A stretch of 64,000 nucleotides of DNA from Candidatus Bathyarchaeota archaeon (GCA_963775465.1 CAVZIW010000006.1:96001-160000), one strand, 5' to 3'. Counted from the first letter of the stretch, positions 1-10,178 are shown. Numbers and translations: made by a program. Notes: a model not told the origin generated them from the letters alone.

Positions 1-1095
1 AAGCTGAGGGACGAAGTCAAATCTTTGTTCGATGATCGGTTGAGTTTGGAGCGTGAAATTGCTTATAACGAATCCGTTCAATTGTTTATTGGGCAGTTTC
101 TTGGTGAAGCTCAATTACTGGAAGAAAATGCAATCAAAGATCAATTTAAATTACTCAGAATTGGCAACTTGAAACTAATTGTCCAGAATGCTATCGACAA
201 AATTGCCAAAGCGACTGAACTAAATGACGCGAACAAGACAAAAATGCTGAAATTGGAGGGTTCCACTGATCGAATTTCTGATAATACATTGGAGAATCGT
301 GTGAGTCTTGCGCTGTTAGAGTTCAAACGTGAAAACGCGATTTCTGAGAAGAAAAATATAGAGAAATCTATACAGGAAGCTCAAGAAAACGTAACTGCCG
401 CAATAGCTAAGGCAGAGCAACTAGGCGAAAGAATTGTTGTTCTGAAAAATAGCTCCGAAATTCAAGATGAAATCGCACAAACTGACGGTCACCTAAGCGC
501 ACTATCAAGCGTTTCGGAGGAAATTGAGCGTCAATATGAATCCTATTCAAAACTTTACTTAGAGCTCAAAGAGAAGATGCAGCTGGTAGTGGAGAACCGA
601 GAAAAAACACTCGAAGAAGTAAGAACTCGAATGCAAGCTTGGCGATCTGTCATGGAGAATCTTCTTGATCGAGTAAACTTAGAGTATCAGCGTATCATGA
701 GCCAAACATTAGCCACGGGTGAAGTAAAACTCTCTACCGTTCAAGATATTGAGGCTTCTGGCTTGGAAATTTATGTCGGGTTTAAAGGTAGTAAGCCGGT
801 TGCATTAGATGCTTACACTCAGAGTGGAGGAGAACGAACAACTGCAACTATGGGTTTTCTTTTGGCTCTTCAGCAGCACGTACGTTCTCCATTCCGCGCA
901 GTAGATGAATATGACATTCACATGGACCCCAAAAACCGCGAGATGATAGCTAAAGTTTTAGTCGCCCTGATTAAAGATGCTGCCTCTCAGTACGTTGTTA
1001 TTACTCCTAGTCAAATTACATTTGCTCAACAAGATGCAAATGTAATAACTGTCCAAAACCTCGAAGGAAAGTCAGTAGTGCGGCAGGTTAGCTAA
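1..1095 (+). CDS. SMC-family ATPase, C-terminal part (Smc5/6-like); 5' end outside window
   Basis: Frame open from base 1; long coiled coil then signature SGGERTTATMGFLLAL and Walker B/D-loop SPFRAVDEYDIHMD, resembling Smc5/6 rather than Smc1-4/ScpAB-type LDEIDAALD. Confidence 0.85.
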   Translation, partial: KLRDEVKSLFDDRLSLEREIAYNESVQLFIGQFLGEAQLLEENAIKDQFKLLRIGNLKLIVQNAIDKIAKATELNDANKTKMLKLEGSTDRISDNTLENRVSLALLEFKRENAISEKKNIEKSIQEAQENVTAAIAKAEQLGERIVVLKNSSEIQDEIAQTDGHLSALSSVSEEIERQYESYSKLYLELKEKMQLVVENREKTLEEVRTRMQAWRSVMENLLDRVNLEYQRIMSQTLATGEVKLSTVQDIEASGLEIYVGFKGSKPVALDAYTQSGGERTTATMGFLLALQQHVRSPFRAVDEYDIHMDPKNREMIAKVLVALIKDAASQYVVITPSQITFAQQDANVITVQNLEGKSVVRQVS

Positions 1096-1922
1096 TGTCA
1101 AAGAGAAAAGATGAAAAGAAGCTTGGGAAGGAACGGTTAGAGCGAATTATTGAAATGTGCAGTGCAATCGAAAGCCACCAAGTTGACCCTTTCACATTAA
1201 ACGTGAATGAAATAATTAAAATCGTTAAAGCATATTTTCCTCATTGGGACCAGCCTGATGAATTAAAACTTGACGCGGAAGCTCTTCACCATTTGGCTAC
1301 CGTAATCAAGATGCAAAGTGAATGGGTCAAGCAACGCTCAAACTCTTTGTATACTGACCCTTTCCTTCTGGAAGAGAAGATTCGGCAAACTGGTAAGCAA
1401 CAGATGGTAGATGTTTTTTTGGGTGCTTGGAGTCCCGTTATTGAGTTTGAGCAACTTAGTTTGCAAAATGTAGCTCAGGGGTTGCTGTACTGGGAAGCTT
1501 TGGCTCCAATCGATCAACGTTGGAAAGATATAGATGTCTCTGCTGTTGTAATGGGGTCAGTTAGCAGGGATGAAATGGTTAGGCAACGTGTCTTGAGTGA
1601 TAAGGAGTTTTCTGAGGAGTTGGAGGCGTATTGGTTGGAGCTAAAAAACAATGTTTTGGAGAAAGGAGTTGATGGCAAGATTGCTTATTGGGACTTCATT
1701 GGGGCTGACACTTATGAAGAGACTGTACAGCGTGCATTCTTGACGAGCTTTCTTGTAACTTATGGTTATGCAACCTTGGAAATTGATAGGCTGGAAGAAA
1801 CAATTCACATTTTACCCTATAAGAAACAAAGGCAAGAAGCCTTAACTGAGCAGTCAACTTCGGTTCCCATTGCTGTGTCCTGTGCAGATTGGCAGAAATG
1901 GAAAAGAGGCGAACAACTTTGA
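1095..1922 (+). CDS. Kleisin-like protein (ScpA-like N-terminus, Nse4-like C-terminal winged helix)
   Basis: Overlaps SMC stop; N-terminal VDPFTLNV..LDAEALHHLATVIKMQS helices; C-terminal YWDFIGADTYEETVQRAFLTSFLVTYG resembles Nse4 C-terminal TVENLFYxSFLxxxG. Confidence 0.65.
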   Translation: MSKRKDEKKLGKERLERIIEMCSAIESHQVDPFTLNVNEIIKIVKAYFPHWDQPDELKLDAEALHHLATVIKMQSEWVKQRSNSLYTDPFLLEEKIRQTGKQQMVDVFLGAWSPVIEFEQLSLQNVAQGLLYWEALAPIDQRWKDIDVSAVVMGSVSRDEMVRQRVLSDKEFSEELEAYWLELKNNVLEKGVDGKIAYWDFIGADTYEETVQRAFLTSFLVTYGYATLEIDRLEETIHILPYKKQRQEALTEQSTSVPIAVSCADWQKWKRGEQL

Positions 1923-1924
1923 GT

Positions 1925-2548
1925 ATGAAAAAGAAAGGTGTTTACGCTGGTAAAATCAAGAAAGCAGTGCAAATGCTCTTCTACAAACGACATCAGAAAC
2001 CAGGTGTTAAAGGCTGGGAACTCCACAAGGCTCTGGGAGCTGATTACCCCAAAGTGCTTGATGTGTTAGATGATTACTTAAAACCAATGGATTTGCAGAT
2101 TAAATCTGTGTTTGAAGAGGACAAAGAGCCTGAAAAACCAACTATAGAGCAGCTTGACAAGGCTAGATTCTTCGTAGTATTGCGAAATGGCTCAGTAACT
2201 AAGGACAAGTTAATGGGTTGGCGCATAGACGATTTGGCAGGCTTGGCTATAGCAATATCTTTCATAATAAGCAAGAAGGGGCAAGCTCCTCGCAAGGAAA
2301 TTGAGAAACTCTTAGGTGAGAAAATGCCGGGCTGGAAAATTGGTTTAAACATAGATCGCTATATTCGAAGCGGATATTTGATGCAGGATGATAAGGGTTT
2401 AATGTACTTAGATTGGCGGACAAGGGTTGAAGTTGATGAGAAAGCGTTAATTGAGTTTCTGTTGGCGACGGAGAAGAATAAAGAAGAGGCCGTTTATCTT
2501 GAGCCTAAGACTTCAGATTCGGAGGAAACTGAAGGGCAAAACGAATAG
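1925..2548 (+). CDS. Tandem winged-helix (kite, Nse1/Nse3-like) protein
   Basis: ATG at 1925 just after kleisin stop; two WH-sized modules, second ending IDRYIRSGYL..MYLDWRTRVEV, like the kite YxLGPRxxxE motif. Confidence 0.55.
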   Translation: MKKKGVYAGKIKKAVQMLFYKRHQKPGVKGWELHKALGADYPKVLDVLDDYLKPMDLQIKSVFEEDKEPEKPTIEQLDKARFFVVLRNGSVTKDKLMGWRIDDLAGLAIAISFIISKKGQAPRKEIEKLLGEKMPGWKIGLNIDRYIRSGYLMQDDKGLMYLDWRTRVEVDEKALIEFLLATEKNKEEAVYLEPKTSDSEETEGQNE

Positions 2549-2653
2549 TATTTTTTTAAAAATTATTGTTTTAGAGTTTTTATTTATCTTTTTTTTCGGT
2601 TGTTTGGCAAGTTTTAATTACGCTCCCCGCATACAGGATATTGTTGGGGTTTA

Positions 2654-3928
2654 ATGGGAAGCTCTGAAGAAGAAATCTATTCAACAATGTTTAGTTCTCT
2701 AAAGCATCCTGTACGACGGAAAATCCTTCGCATGTTAGCGAATAAGCCGATGACTTTTATGGAAATGGTTGATCTCCTAGGTGTCTCCTCCTCCCATTTG
2801 ACATACCATTTGGAATGTCTCGGTGAATTGATCTTTAAGATGGAGAACAACAATTACAAGTTGTCTTCTTTCGGGATAGCTACTATTAGTGCAATGAAAG
2901 GTGTAGAAGATCCAGAAACTGAACCCAAACGTCATCTAAAACTATCTTTTAAATGGAGAGCTGTTTTTGCAGCATTATTGGTTGTTATTATTGTCTTGAC
3001 AGCCTTCTCAACTCTCCAATATGTTTCCTTGAATCAATTTATGCAGAGGCAAAGCTCGCTTATGGCTGAAAACCAGCAACTTCTATCATGGGGCATAGGC
3101 ACTGACAAAGTAGCTGATTTGCTAGATAACGTTGCCAAGATTGATACAACACAATATAAAATAGCGTTGCTTAGTAACACACTTGAATTCCGCCAAGACT
3201 TCGGAGTTGCTGAAGAAATCTTAAAGTACTCTTTAACCAGCAGTCAAAGCAACATTGATGTTGATTTACGTTTCCGAGCTAACCATCTATCACGTTACCA
3301 GCTTACTCAGATTGAAAGCAACCCCATTTACCAGCAAACCCAACCAAGCGATATTCTGCAAATTGCCAAGGGAACACTTGACAGGTACCACTCTTATTCC
3401 GGTGACTCCTATTTAGAAGAAATGAGTAACCTACTATCAGCGGTTAATAAAACAGACAATCTGTCAATAATCCAAGGCAACTTAAAACTGCAGATAACAA
3501 GCTCAGCAGATGAAACAGAGTTTTTATGGATGTATTCTGAGAGAGGTATTGACTTTTCTGCTAAAAGCTTGAGGATGACTTTTCAAAACCGACTTTTAAC
3601 AGGTTTAACTGATGGATACTTCCTGTTTACAGTGGGGAATACCGACTTGGCTATTTCTGAGGATCAAGCTATAGATAGAGCGAAAAACTATGTCAAAACT
3701 CTAACATGGACCATCGATGGCAAGCAATTAACCGGTTTTAACACGCAAAGTCAACCAGTTTCGGTGCAGCTTTTGCCACATCCAAGAGGTAACTCGGTGG
3801 CGTTGATTCCATATTGGTACGTTGTTCTGAGTCTTGATCGAACATTTTCTGGTGGCATTAACGAGGTATCGGTGGGTCTTTTTGCAGATACGGGGCAAGT
3901 TGAAGATGTTCAGATGTTAAGCGGTTAG
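2654..3928 (+). CDS. Membrane-anchored ArsR-type winged-HTH protein with extracytoplasmic domain
   Basis: N-terminal FSSLKHPVRRKILRML..SSSHLTYHL HTH, one TM helix (WRAVFAALLVVIIVLTAF), then about 300 aa polar domain. Confidence 0.75.
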   Translation: MGSSEEEIYSTMFSSLKHPVRRKILRMLANKPMTFMEMVDLLGVSSSHLTYHLECLGELIFKMENNNYKLSSFGIATISAMKGVEDPETEPKRHLKLSFKWRAVFAALLVVIIVLTAFSTLQYVSLNQFMQRQSSLMAENQQLLSWGIGTDKVADLLDNVAKIDTTQYKIALLSNTLEFRQDFGVAEEILKYSLTSSQSNIDVDLRFRANHLSRYQLTQIESNPIYQQTQPSDILQIAKGTLDRYHSYSGDSYLEEMSNLLSAVNKTDNLSIIQGNLKLQITSSADETEFLWMYSERGIDFSAKSLRMTFQNRLLTGLTDGYFLFTVGNTDLAISEDQAIDRAKNYVKTLTWTIDGKQLTGFNTQSQPVSVQLLPHPRGNSVALIPYWYVVLSLDRTFSGGINEVSVGLFADTGQVEDVQMLSG

Positions 3929-4507
3929 AACTGCGACGTAACAATTTACGTTTTCATCATCTACGAATGCTGAAACAGTCAATTTACTCTCTTCCAAAAT
4001 GTCCATGAACGCATTCAGAGGGAAAGCTTTCTTTAACCCAGTTACTACCATTTTTCCCTCGGGTTTGGCGACACGCTTTAACTCTTTTAATGTTTTTTTA
4101 GGTAAAGGCATGTTTTGAAGAATCGTAAAAGCAAAAGTTCTATCAAAAAACTTGTTGCAGAATGGTAGATGGTCCGCATCAGCTTGCAAAACATAGACGT
4201 TCCCACGAACGTTGGCTTTTTCTTTGGCTTTATTTAGTAATTTGCGAGAAACATCGATTCCGATAACAATTTTCGCTTTATCAGAAACTTTGTCAATAAA
4301 AAGCCCTGATCCACATCCTACATCTAAAACAACCGAGCCTGTAATGTCGATGTGTTGGAGGGCTTTACAGTATTTTCGTGTCTGTTCTTCTTTGTAGCGT
4401 TCATCGTACATTTCCGCTGTTATATCGTATCTCTGTATGACTTTGTGTTTATCTTTCCAACCATTCAAGGTGTGTTCCTTCAGAAATCTTATGTACCTAA
4501 AACCCAA
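3917..4507 (-). CDS. Class I SAM-dependent methyltransferase
   Basis: VLDVGCGSG motif I, ADADHLPF motif; exact start uncertain. Confidence 0.9.
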   Translation of the reverse strand: MGFRYIRFLKEHTLNGWKDKHKVIQRYDITAEMYDERYKEEQTRKYCKALQHIDITGSVVLDVGCGSGLFIDKVSDKAKIVIGIDVSRKLLNKAKEKANVRGNVYVLQADADHLPFCNKFFDRTFAFTILQNMPLPKKTLKELKRVAKPEGKMVVTGLKKAFPLNAFMDILEESKLTVSAFVDDENVNCYVAVLTA

Positions 4508-4531
4508 CTAAAATAGGTTGGCTGAACGGAA

Positions 4532-5308
4532 TTGCTGGAGAATAATAGACTTGCCGTGCTTACACAACCAACCTTATGCGAAGCTGCTGTGCTAATTGAG
4601 AAAGCTTTTGTCAAAAGAAACACGCTAATAGTCGTTGGTAATTGCCATGTGCATTATGTAGGTAGAGCAAGCTCAAAGTTAGAACAAGGCGAACGCCTTT
4701 TGATTATCAAATCTGATGGTTCATTGTTGGTGCATCGTCCAGTTGGTTATGAGCCTGTTAATTGGCAACCTGCAGGAGGCGTTTTTCATGTAAAAGTTAA
4801 AGACGACGAATTGGAGGTTCATGCAGTTAGGCAAAAGCCACGAGAGAACGTGCGAGTAACATTTAGTCAGGTTTTGATGGTTTCTGCACTTGCTTTGGTG
4901 GATGCTGGTGAGTTTCTTTTGCATGCAAGCGAAGATGACATGCATCGTGCCATACTTCTTAAGCCAGAATTGCTGGAGGATGGTTTCAAACCGATTAGTT
5001 GGGAAAAACATGTTGAACCTGGATTTGTAGACATATACGGTGAAGACAAAAGCGGCAGGCTTGTTATTGTTGAAGTTAAACGTAGAACCGCTTCTAAGGA
5101 AGCCGCTTTTCAATTGGCAAAATACATCGAACCCATCAAAGCTAAAGTAAACCGTGAAATCCGAGCCATTCTAGTTGCGCCTGGTTTAGGGAAGGATGTG
5201 CAGCGAACGCTGGTTTCGTTGGGGCTGGAGTTTAAAGCTTTGAATCCTAAGGTATGTGCTGAGGTGCTTAAGAAGGCGGAAACTTCTAAGCTTGAATCGT
5301 TTTTTTAG
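4532..5308 (+). CDS. nucS: Mismatch-specific endonuclease NucS/EndoMS
   Basis: YVGRASS, IIKSDGSLLVH, PVNWQP, and RecB-like VDI..VEVK..QLAKY motifs. Confidence 0.95.
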   Translation: MLENNRLAVLTQPTLCEAAVLIEKAFVKRNTLIVVGNCHVHYVGRASSKLEQGERLLIIKSDGSLLVHRPVGYEPVNWQPAGGVFHVKVKDDELEVHAVRQKPRENVRVTFSQVLMVSALALVDAGEFLLHASEDDMHRAILLKPELLEDGFKPISWEKHVEPGFVDIYGEDKSGRLVIVEVKRRTASKEAAFQLAKYIEPIKAKVNREIRAILVAPGLGKDVQRTLVSLGLEFKALNPKVCAEVLKKAETSKLESFF

Positions 5309-5352
5309 CCAAGATCCTTCTTTTTCGTTCTTTGGAGGGTCTAGTAGTTTGA

Positions 5353-6573
5353 CTAATCCACTTTCTTGTCCGACGCAATAAGAAGCGAAATCAAATAATC
5401 GTCTTCCACTAGTCCAAATCCGCCTTTTTGTACTGAAAACTCATCAAACATTTTCACCCCATCAGGCTTTAAGTAAGGTGAAGCAATAGAGAAAGGAACT
5501 GGGTCGCGTGAATGAGTGCCAATCTTTATTGGAGTTGGATGGTCAGGCAAAATTGCTACTGCGAATGGTTCATTCATTCCATTTAGTATTCTGCCCAATA
5601 ATCGCTTATCTAAGTCTTCGATAGTTTTCACTTTTAACTTGTAATCTTTAACATGCCCAGCTTCGTCTGGAGCTTCTACATGGACAAACACTAAGTCATT
5701 ATGTTCAAAGGCTTTTAAAACGGCATCTGCTTTACCCTCATAATTTGTATCGGCTAAGCCTGTAGCTCCGGGAACGTTAATGACTTCCATACCTGCATAG
5801 GACCCGATTCCTTTTACCAAATCAACCGCCGAAATAACAGCAGAACTGATGCCATACTTTTCTTTCAATGTTGGCATTGAAGGTTTTTTCCCGCCGCCCC
5901 AAGGCCAAATCAAATTGCCAGGTCTCTTACCTGCCTTTTCCCGTGCAATATTGACTGGGTGACTTCGAAGAACATCTCTGGACCCCAAAATTAAATCTCT
6001 GAGCAACTTCGCTTCTTTTTCAACTTCCAAAGACTTAGCTCTAGGCAAAACTTCGGCTATCTTTACTCCAGCTGCATCGTGCGGTGGAGTACACTCTATG
6101 AGTTCTGGATTTGGAAAGCCTCGTAGAATTAGGAAATGACGATAATCTAAACCGGCATAGAACTCAATTTTTCCACTCTTTCCAAACTCTTTTTTTACAG
6201 CGTCAATCAGCTGAGCAGCTTCAGCAGTGGTTATGTGCCCTGCAGAATAGTCCAATATCGCTTCGTCTTTTTCAGTTATTATGTTGCATCGGTATGCTGT
6301 GTCGTTATCTGATAGTTTTATTCCTCTGGCTGGAGCTTCAAGTGGTCCTCTTCCTGGACAATAAAGCCTTGGGTCGTATCCAAGAACAGAGCAGATTGCT
6401 GTATCTGAGCCTGGAGTGCATTGATCTGGTACGGTCTTGATTAAGCCGCTTCTGCCTTTAGCAGTAATGGAATCAACGTTTGGTTTGTAGGCTACTTGGA
6501 GAGGTGTTTTATTTCCCAACTCTGGCAAAGGATAATCAGCCATTCCGTCTCCAACAACAAGCAGATACTTCAT
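5353..6573 (-). CDS. apgM: Cofactor-independent phosphoglycerate mutase (archaeal type)
   Basis: VGDGMAD, KTPL, PGSD, GRGPLEA, HVEAPDEAGH, PDHPTP motifs. Confidence 0.92.
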   Translation of the reverse strand: MKYLLVVGDGMADYPLPELGNKTPLQVAYKPNVDSITAKGRSGLIKTVPDQCTPGSDTAICSVLGYDPRLYCPGRGPLEAPARGIKLSDNDTAYRCNIITEKDEAILDYSAGHITTAEAAQLIDAVKKEFGKSGKIEFYAGLDYRHFLILRGFPNPELIECTPPHDAAGVKIAEVLPRAKSLEVEKEAKLLRDLILGSRDVLRSHPVNIAREKAGKRPGNLIWPWGGGKKPSMPTLKEKYGISSAVISAVDLVKGIGSYAGMEVINVPGATGLADTNYEGKADAVLKAFEHNDLVFVHVEAPDEAGHVKDYKLKVKTIEDLDKRLLGRILNGMNEPFAVAILPDHPTPIKIGTHSRDPVPFSIASPYLKPDGVKMFDEFSVQKGGFGLVEDDYLISLLIASDKKVD

Positions 6574-6827
6574 TATTATATCTCCAGTTTAACTTCGTAA
6601 TTATTGTTCTTGCGATTGTTTTATCTTCTTTTGGATACTGCAACCGCATATTTATCTACTTACTCATCAAGAAACAAACGTAAATAGTGCGAATTCCCAA
6701 AATGTCAGTTTTTCATTAGTCCCGAAAAAGAACCAACAAAAAGTAAAATGGAGTTTGGAAATATGAGTTTTTATTCTTTAACTCATACTCTGCAGACATA
6801 GATAAAAAAAGAGTTTAGTCAAGAAAC

Positions 6828-8497
6828 GAGACCGTGTAAAAAATTGCATAACGACGGTTGAAAGCTTGAAGAACTACCCTTTCTCTTTTTGATTTTTCTT
6901 GTCTTTTATTCTTTATTTTCTAACAAGAGCCCCAATTAAAGCTTGAACTCCAAGAATGTTCAAAGCCCTCCTCAAATTATAAGAAAGCAAAAGCAACCCA
7001 ACTTCTCCGCTAACCTTTCTAAGACCTTTAAGCAGCAAATAAGGTGCACCAAAGGCTCTCTTTACTGTACCAAATGTATGCTCAACTACTTTCTTGCGCT
7101 CATCCATTATCTCAGGATTAGCCTTCATCCTCTTTTTCATGTCATCGACAACTTCCTCATGCACCCAACGCCAAATTACTCTGCCTTTTTTATTGCTTGT
7201 ACATTTAGTCATGAAAAATTGGCATGATGAGCAAATACTCTTTGGGCATTTATAGGCTCGCATATCCATTCCATCCTGGGGCCTGCTGGATTGAGAATAG
7301 AGACCGTGCCCGGTAGGGCAATAATAAACGTCAGCAACTTTGTCATAGCGGAACTTGTCTGCAGTGAATTCTGGCGATATTGTACTGCCGCCGCTTCCGG
7401 ATCTCTTCACTGCGATATATGGCGTAACTCCGTTATCGGCACATTGCTTGATTTGCATAAAATCAAAGTATCCCCTATCAGAAAGGCAATCAATCTGCTC
7501 TACTCCAAGTGTTTCTTTAGCGTTTATTGCTATGCTGCTGAGTTGATTTAGATCGGATGCCTCGTTAGTAACCAAATAATTAACGATCAGGTGGTTTTTT
7601 GAGTCAACGGCTGCCTGCATGTTATAGCAGGATTCAACTCTGCCATGATTCATCATCTGTCGACAATCAGAGTCAGTTAGAGCTATTTGCATTTGACCAC
7701 TCTTTTGCATTTTGTCAAGAATTTCTTGGGATTTCTCTTTTTTCTCAAGTAGAGCTGCCAGTTTGTCTACTTCAAAAGCCTTAGCATCTTGACTTGCTTC
7801 GCTACCTGCTTGGTGCTCATCAGCCGCTTCCTGTGCATCTTGGGCATCCAACTCTTCTAAATAGTGTTTTACTGATTTTTCCATGACTTTTATTCGCTTT
7901 GCAAGTGCTCTTTGGGTGAAGGCTTTATCGTTGGCGTTGACAGCCCGCAGTTTAGTGCCATCTACGGATACCTGTTTTGCTCCATAGAGACTGAGGTCTT
8001 TTAGGAAAGCTACAAAGTCTTTGAATAGGGCGCCTATGGCTGCTGGGTTGTCTTTTCTAAAATCCGCTATGGTCTTAAAATCGGGTGCTAAGCCTTTGAG
8101 AAGCCACATTGCCTCTAGGTTGGTTTTGCATTCTCTTTCTAGTTTTCTGCTTGATCGGATGTGGTTTAGGCCTCCGTAGAGGTAGAGTTTGCAGAGGTCC
8201 TTTGGATTGTATGATGGTCTTCCAAGATCTAGCGGCTTTGAGTGGGTAAAGCCTAACTTTTCCATGTCTAGCGTGTTTACGTATGCATCTATGAACCTAA
8301 CTGGATTATCTGGTTCCACATATTCTTCTATGGTTTTTGGCAGCAGGAAAGTTTGACTTCTGGATAAGCCTTCTACATAGCTGTTGGTTTCGTTGTCCAT
8401 TTGTCTCACCTTTGAGTCTTGTCAACGATTGCTGTGTGTCTAGATTTAAGGTTAACGGCATTCTATGGGGGCTAGAGCAGACTTTTCACACATACTC
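6828..8497 (-). mobile_element. IS1182-family insertion sequence
   Basis: Imperfect terminal inverted repeats GAGACCGTGTAAAA (6828) and TTTTCACACATACTC (to 8497) around the transposase; inverted symmetry extends outward to 6818/8507, so exact ends are uncertain. Confidence 0.8.
6913..8400 (-). CDS. IS1182-family DDE transposase
   Basis: SRSQTFLLP..DNPVRFID, GRPSYNP, PDFKTIADFRK, VDGTK, TDSD, SDRGY, VEHTFGTVK motifs; GGTGA RBS before ATG 8400. Confidence 0.93.
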   Translation of the reverse strand: MDNETNSYVEGLSRSQTFLLPKTIEEYVEPDNPVRFIDAYVNTLDMEKLGFTHSKPLDLGRPSYNPKDLCKLYLYGGLNHIRSSRKLERECKTNLEAMWLLKGLAPDFKTIADFRKDNPAAIGALFKDFVAFLKDLSLYGAKQVSVDGTKLRAVNANDKAFTQRALAKRIKVMEKSVKHYLEELDAQDAQEAADEHQAGSEASQDAKAFEVDKLAALLEKKEKSQEILDKMQKSGQMQIALTDSDCRQMMNHGRVESCYNMQAAVDSKNHLIVNYLVTNEASDLNQLSSIAINAKETLGVEQIDCLSDRGYFDFMQIKQCADNGVTPYIAVKRSGSGGSTISPEFTADKFRYDKVADVYYCPTGHGLYSQSSRPQDGMDMRAYKCPKSICSSCQFFMTKCTSNKKGRVIWRWVHEEVVDDMKKRMKANPEIMDERKKVVEHTFGTVKRAFGAPYLLLKGLRKVSGEVGLLLLSYNLRRALNILGVQALIGALVRK

Positions 8498-8554
8498 GTT
8501 TCTTGACGAAAACGCATTATAACCTGCTCTTGCACATGAAATGCTGAAATAGCC

Positions 8555-9838
8555 ATGGGCAAAAAATTATCCCTAATAGCGTTAATAGCAGTCGCAATGA
8601 CAATGTTGTTTGTAGCGGAATTTGCGAGTCTTTCATCAGCAAATTTCTTCCCAGATCCCGGTCCAGACCTTCCGCGAATCTACATAAGAGCTAACGGAAA
8701 TGTTGAACCAGCCACAGCCCCTATTGAGAGATCGGGCAATATTTACAAACTCACAGACGATATAGCTCTGTATACGATTCTAATTCAGCGGAACAATATT
8801 GTTTTAGATGGCTCTGGATACTTGATTGAGGGAAACAAAAGCTGGATGGGGCTTGCATCAGGTTGGGGCGATGCTGGCAATAATGGAATAGTCATCATAG
8901 GACAAAACCATGTTAACATCACCAATTTGAAAATCGAAGGGTTTACTGCTGGCGTTAGAATCTCTGGTTCTTCACACATTAACATAGTCGGCAATGCATT
9001 CAACAAAGAAGCTGCAGTCTTTGATAGCCCTATGGGGATAGTGGCCCAAGCCTCTTCAAATATTCGCATCGAAAACAACATTTTCAGTAACATTAATGGT
9101 CCAGCTATCGCCTGTAACGGGACAAATATAACAATCAAAGCAAACATTCTAACCGATATAGCGGACTCAATCGATGGTTGCATAGCCCTTCAAGGTCCAT
9201 CAAACATAATAACTGACAATAAAATCGAGACGGCTTCACCCTCAATCAGATTAGGTGCCTCAGACGCCAATACTATTGCAAGAAACCACATCGCAGGCAG
9301 CATTTCTTTGGTTAGCAGCTCAAACAACCAAATATTCCAAAACAACCTTACAGGAATACGACTTATCTTTAGTTCAAACAACACAATCTTTGGCAATATC
9401 ATGACAAACAACTCGGTATACGATGCTATAGCACTTGACCAAGGAACCAAAAACAACGCTTTCTATGCAAACACTTTTCCAGCAAACTGCAGTATCCGCA
9501 TTCAGGATGCAGGAACTACTTTCTGGGATAACGGTGTCATTGGCAATTACTGGGCTGACTATAACGGCACGGATAAAAACGGGGATGGCAAGGGAGATTC
9601 ACCACTCATAATAATCGCCGTCAAATGGAGCAACGAAGCTCGTGGTGATGTGAGCTTTGTCGCTGGTCGAGATAATTACCCTTTAATGAAGCCTTATGAC
9701 GTTGAAGGCAATACTGTCGTATTGCCCCAAGCGGAAGTTTTCCAAACAATTGTTATTATTGTTTTTTTTGTTGTGATTCTGGTTGTTCTGGGTCTTTTTG
9801 TCTTCAAGAAACGCAAACATGAGGAACCAGCAATTTGA
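8555..9838 (+). CDS. NosD/right-handed beta-helix surface protein with C-terminal TM anchor
   Basis: Signal peptide, Asn/Ile-rich parallel beta-helix repeats, GNYWADYNGTDKNGDGKGD motif, TM plus FKKRK tail. Confidence 0.88.
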   Translation: MGKKLSLIALIAVAMTMLFVAEFASLSSANFFPDPGPDLPRIYIRANGNVEPATAPIERSGNIYKLTDDIALYTILIQRNNIVLDGSGYLIEGNKSWMGLASGWGDAGNNGIVIIGQNHVNITNLKIEGFTAGVRISGSSHINIVGNAFNKEAAVFDSPMGIVAQASSNIRIENNIFSNINGPAIACNGTNITIKANILTDIADSIDGCIALQGPSNIITDNKIETASPSIRLGASDANTIARNHIAGSISLVSSSNNQIFQNNLTGIRLIFSSNNTIFGNIMTNNSVYDAIALDQGTKNNAFYANTFPANCSIRIQDAGTTFWDNGVIGNYWADYNGTDKNGDGKGDSPLIIIAVKWSNEARGDVSFVAGRDNYPLMKPYDVEGNTVVLPQAEVFQTIVIIVFFVVILVVLGLFVFKKRKHEEPAI

Positions 9839-10178
9839 AGATGATGGGAATACCGTTAACTAAAAGTGAAGGCGCTATAAAAGAAAGCGTCATAAAACTA
9901 AACTATATCTTCACAATCTCCCAAGAAATGGTTTCTAAAGTCATTTTTTCATCTAAGTAATGAATAAAAAGCGCTCTTATTTGAGAAATTAACGGAAAAA
10001 CTTGGCAGACTTAAAACTTAAAGAGCCAAATCAATAAGCAAACAGAATTTGACTTCTCGAATCTGTTGCCTTGCTTTTTCCATAAGTTTCCATAGAAATA
10101 TTCTATGTTTGTTGTGGTCGTCTATTATAGAAGCTTTGATACAAAACCTAATATGCAAATTAGCCTATTCCAATTTTA

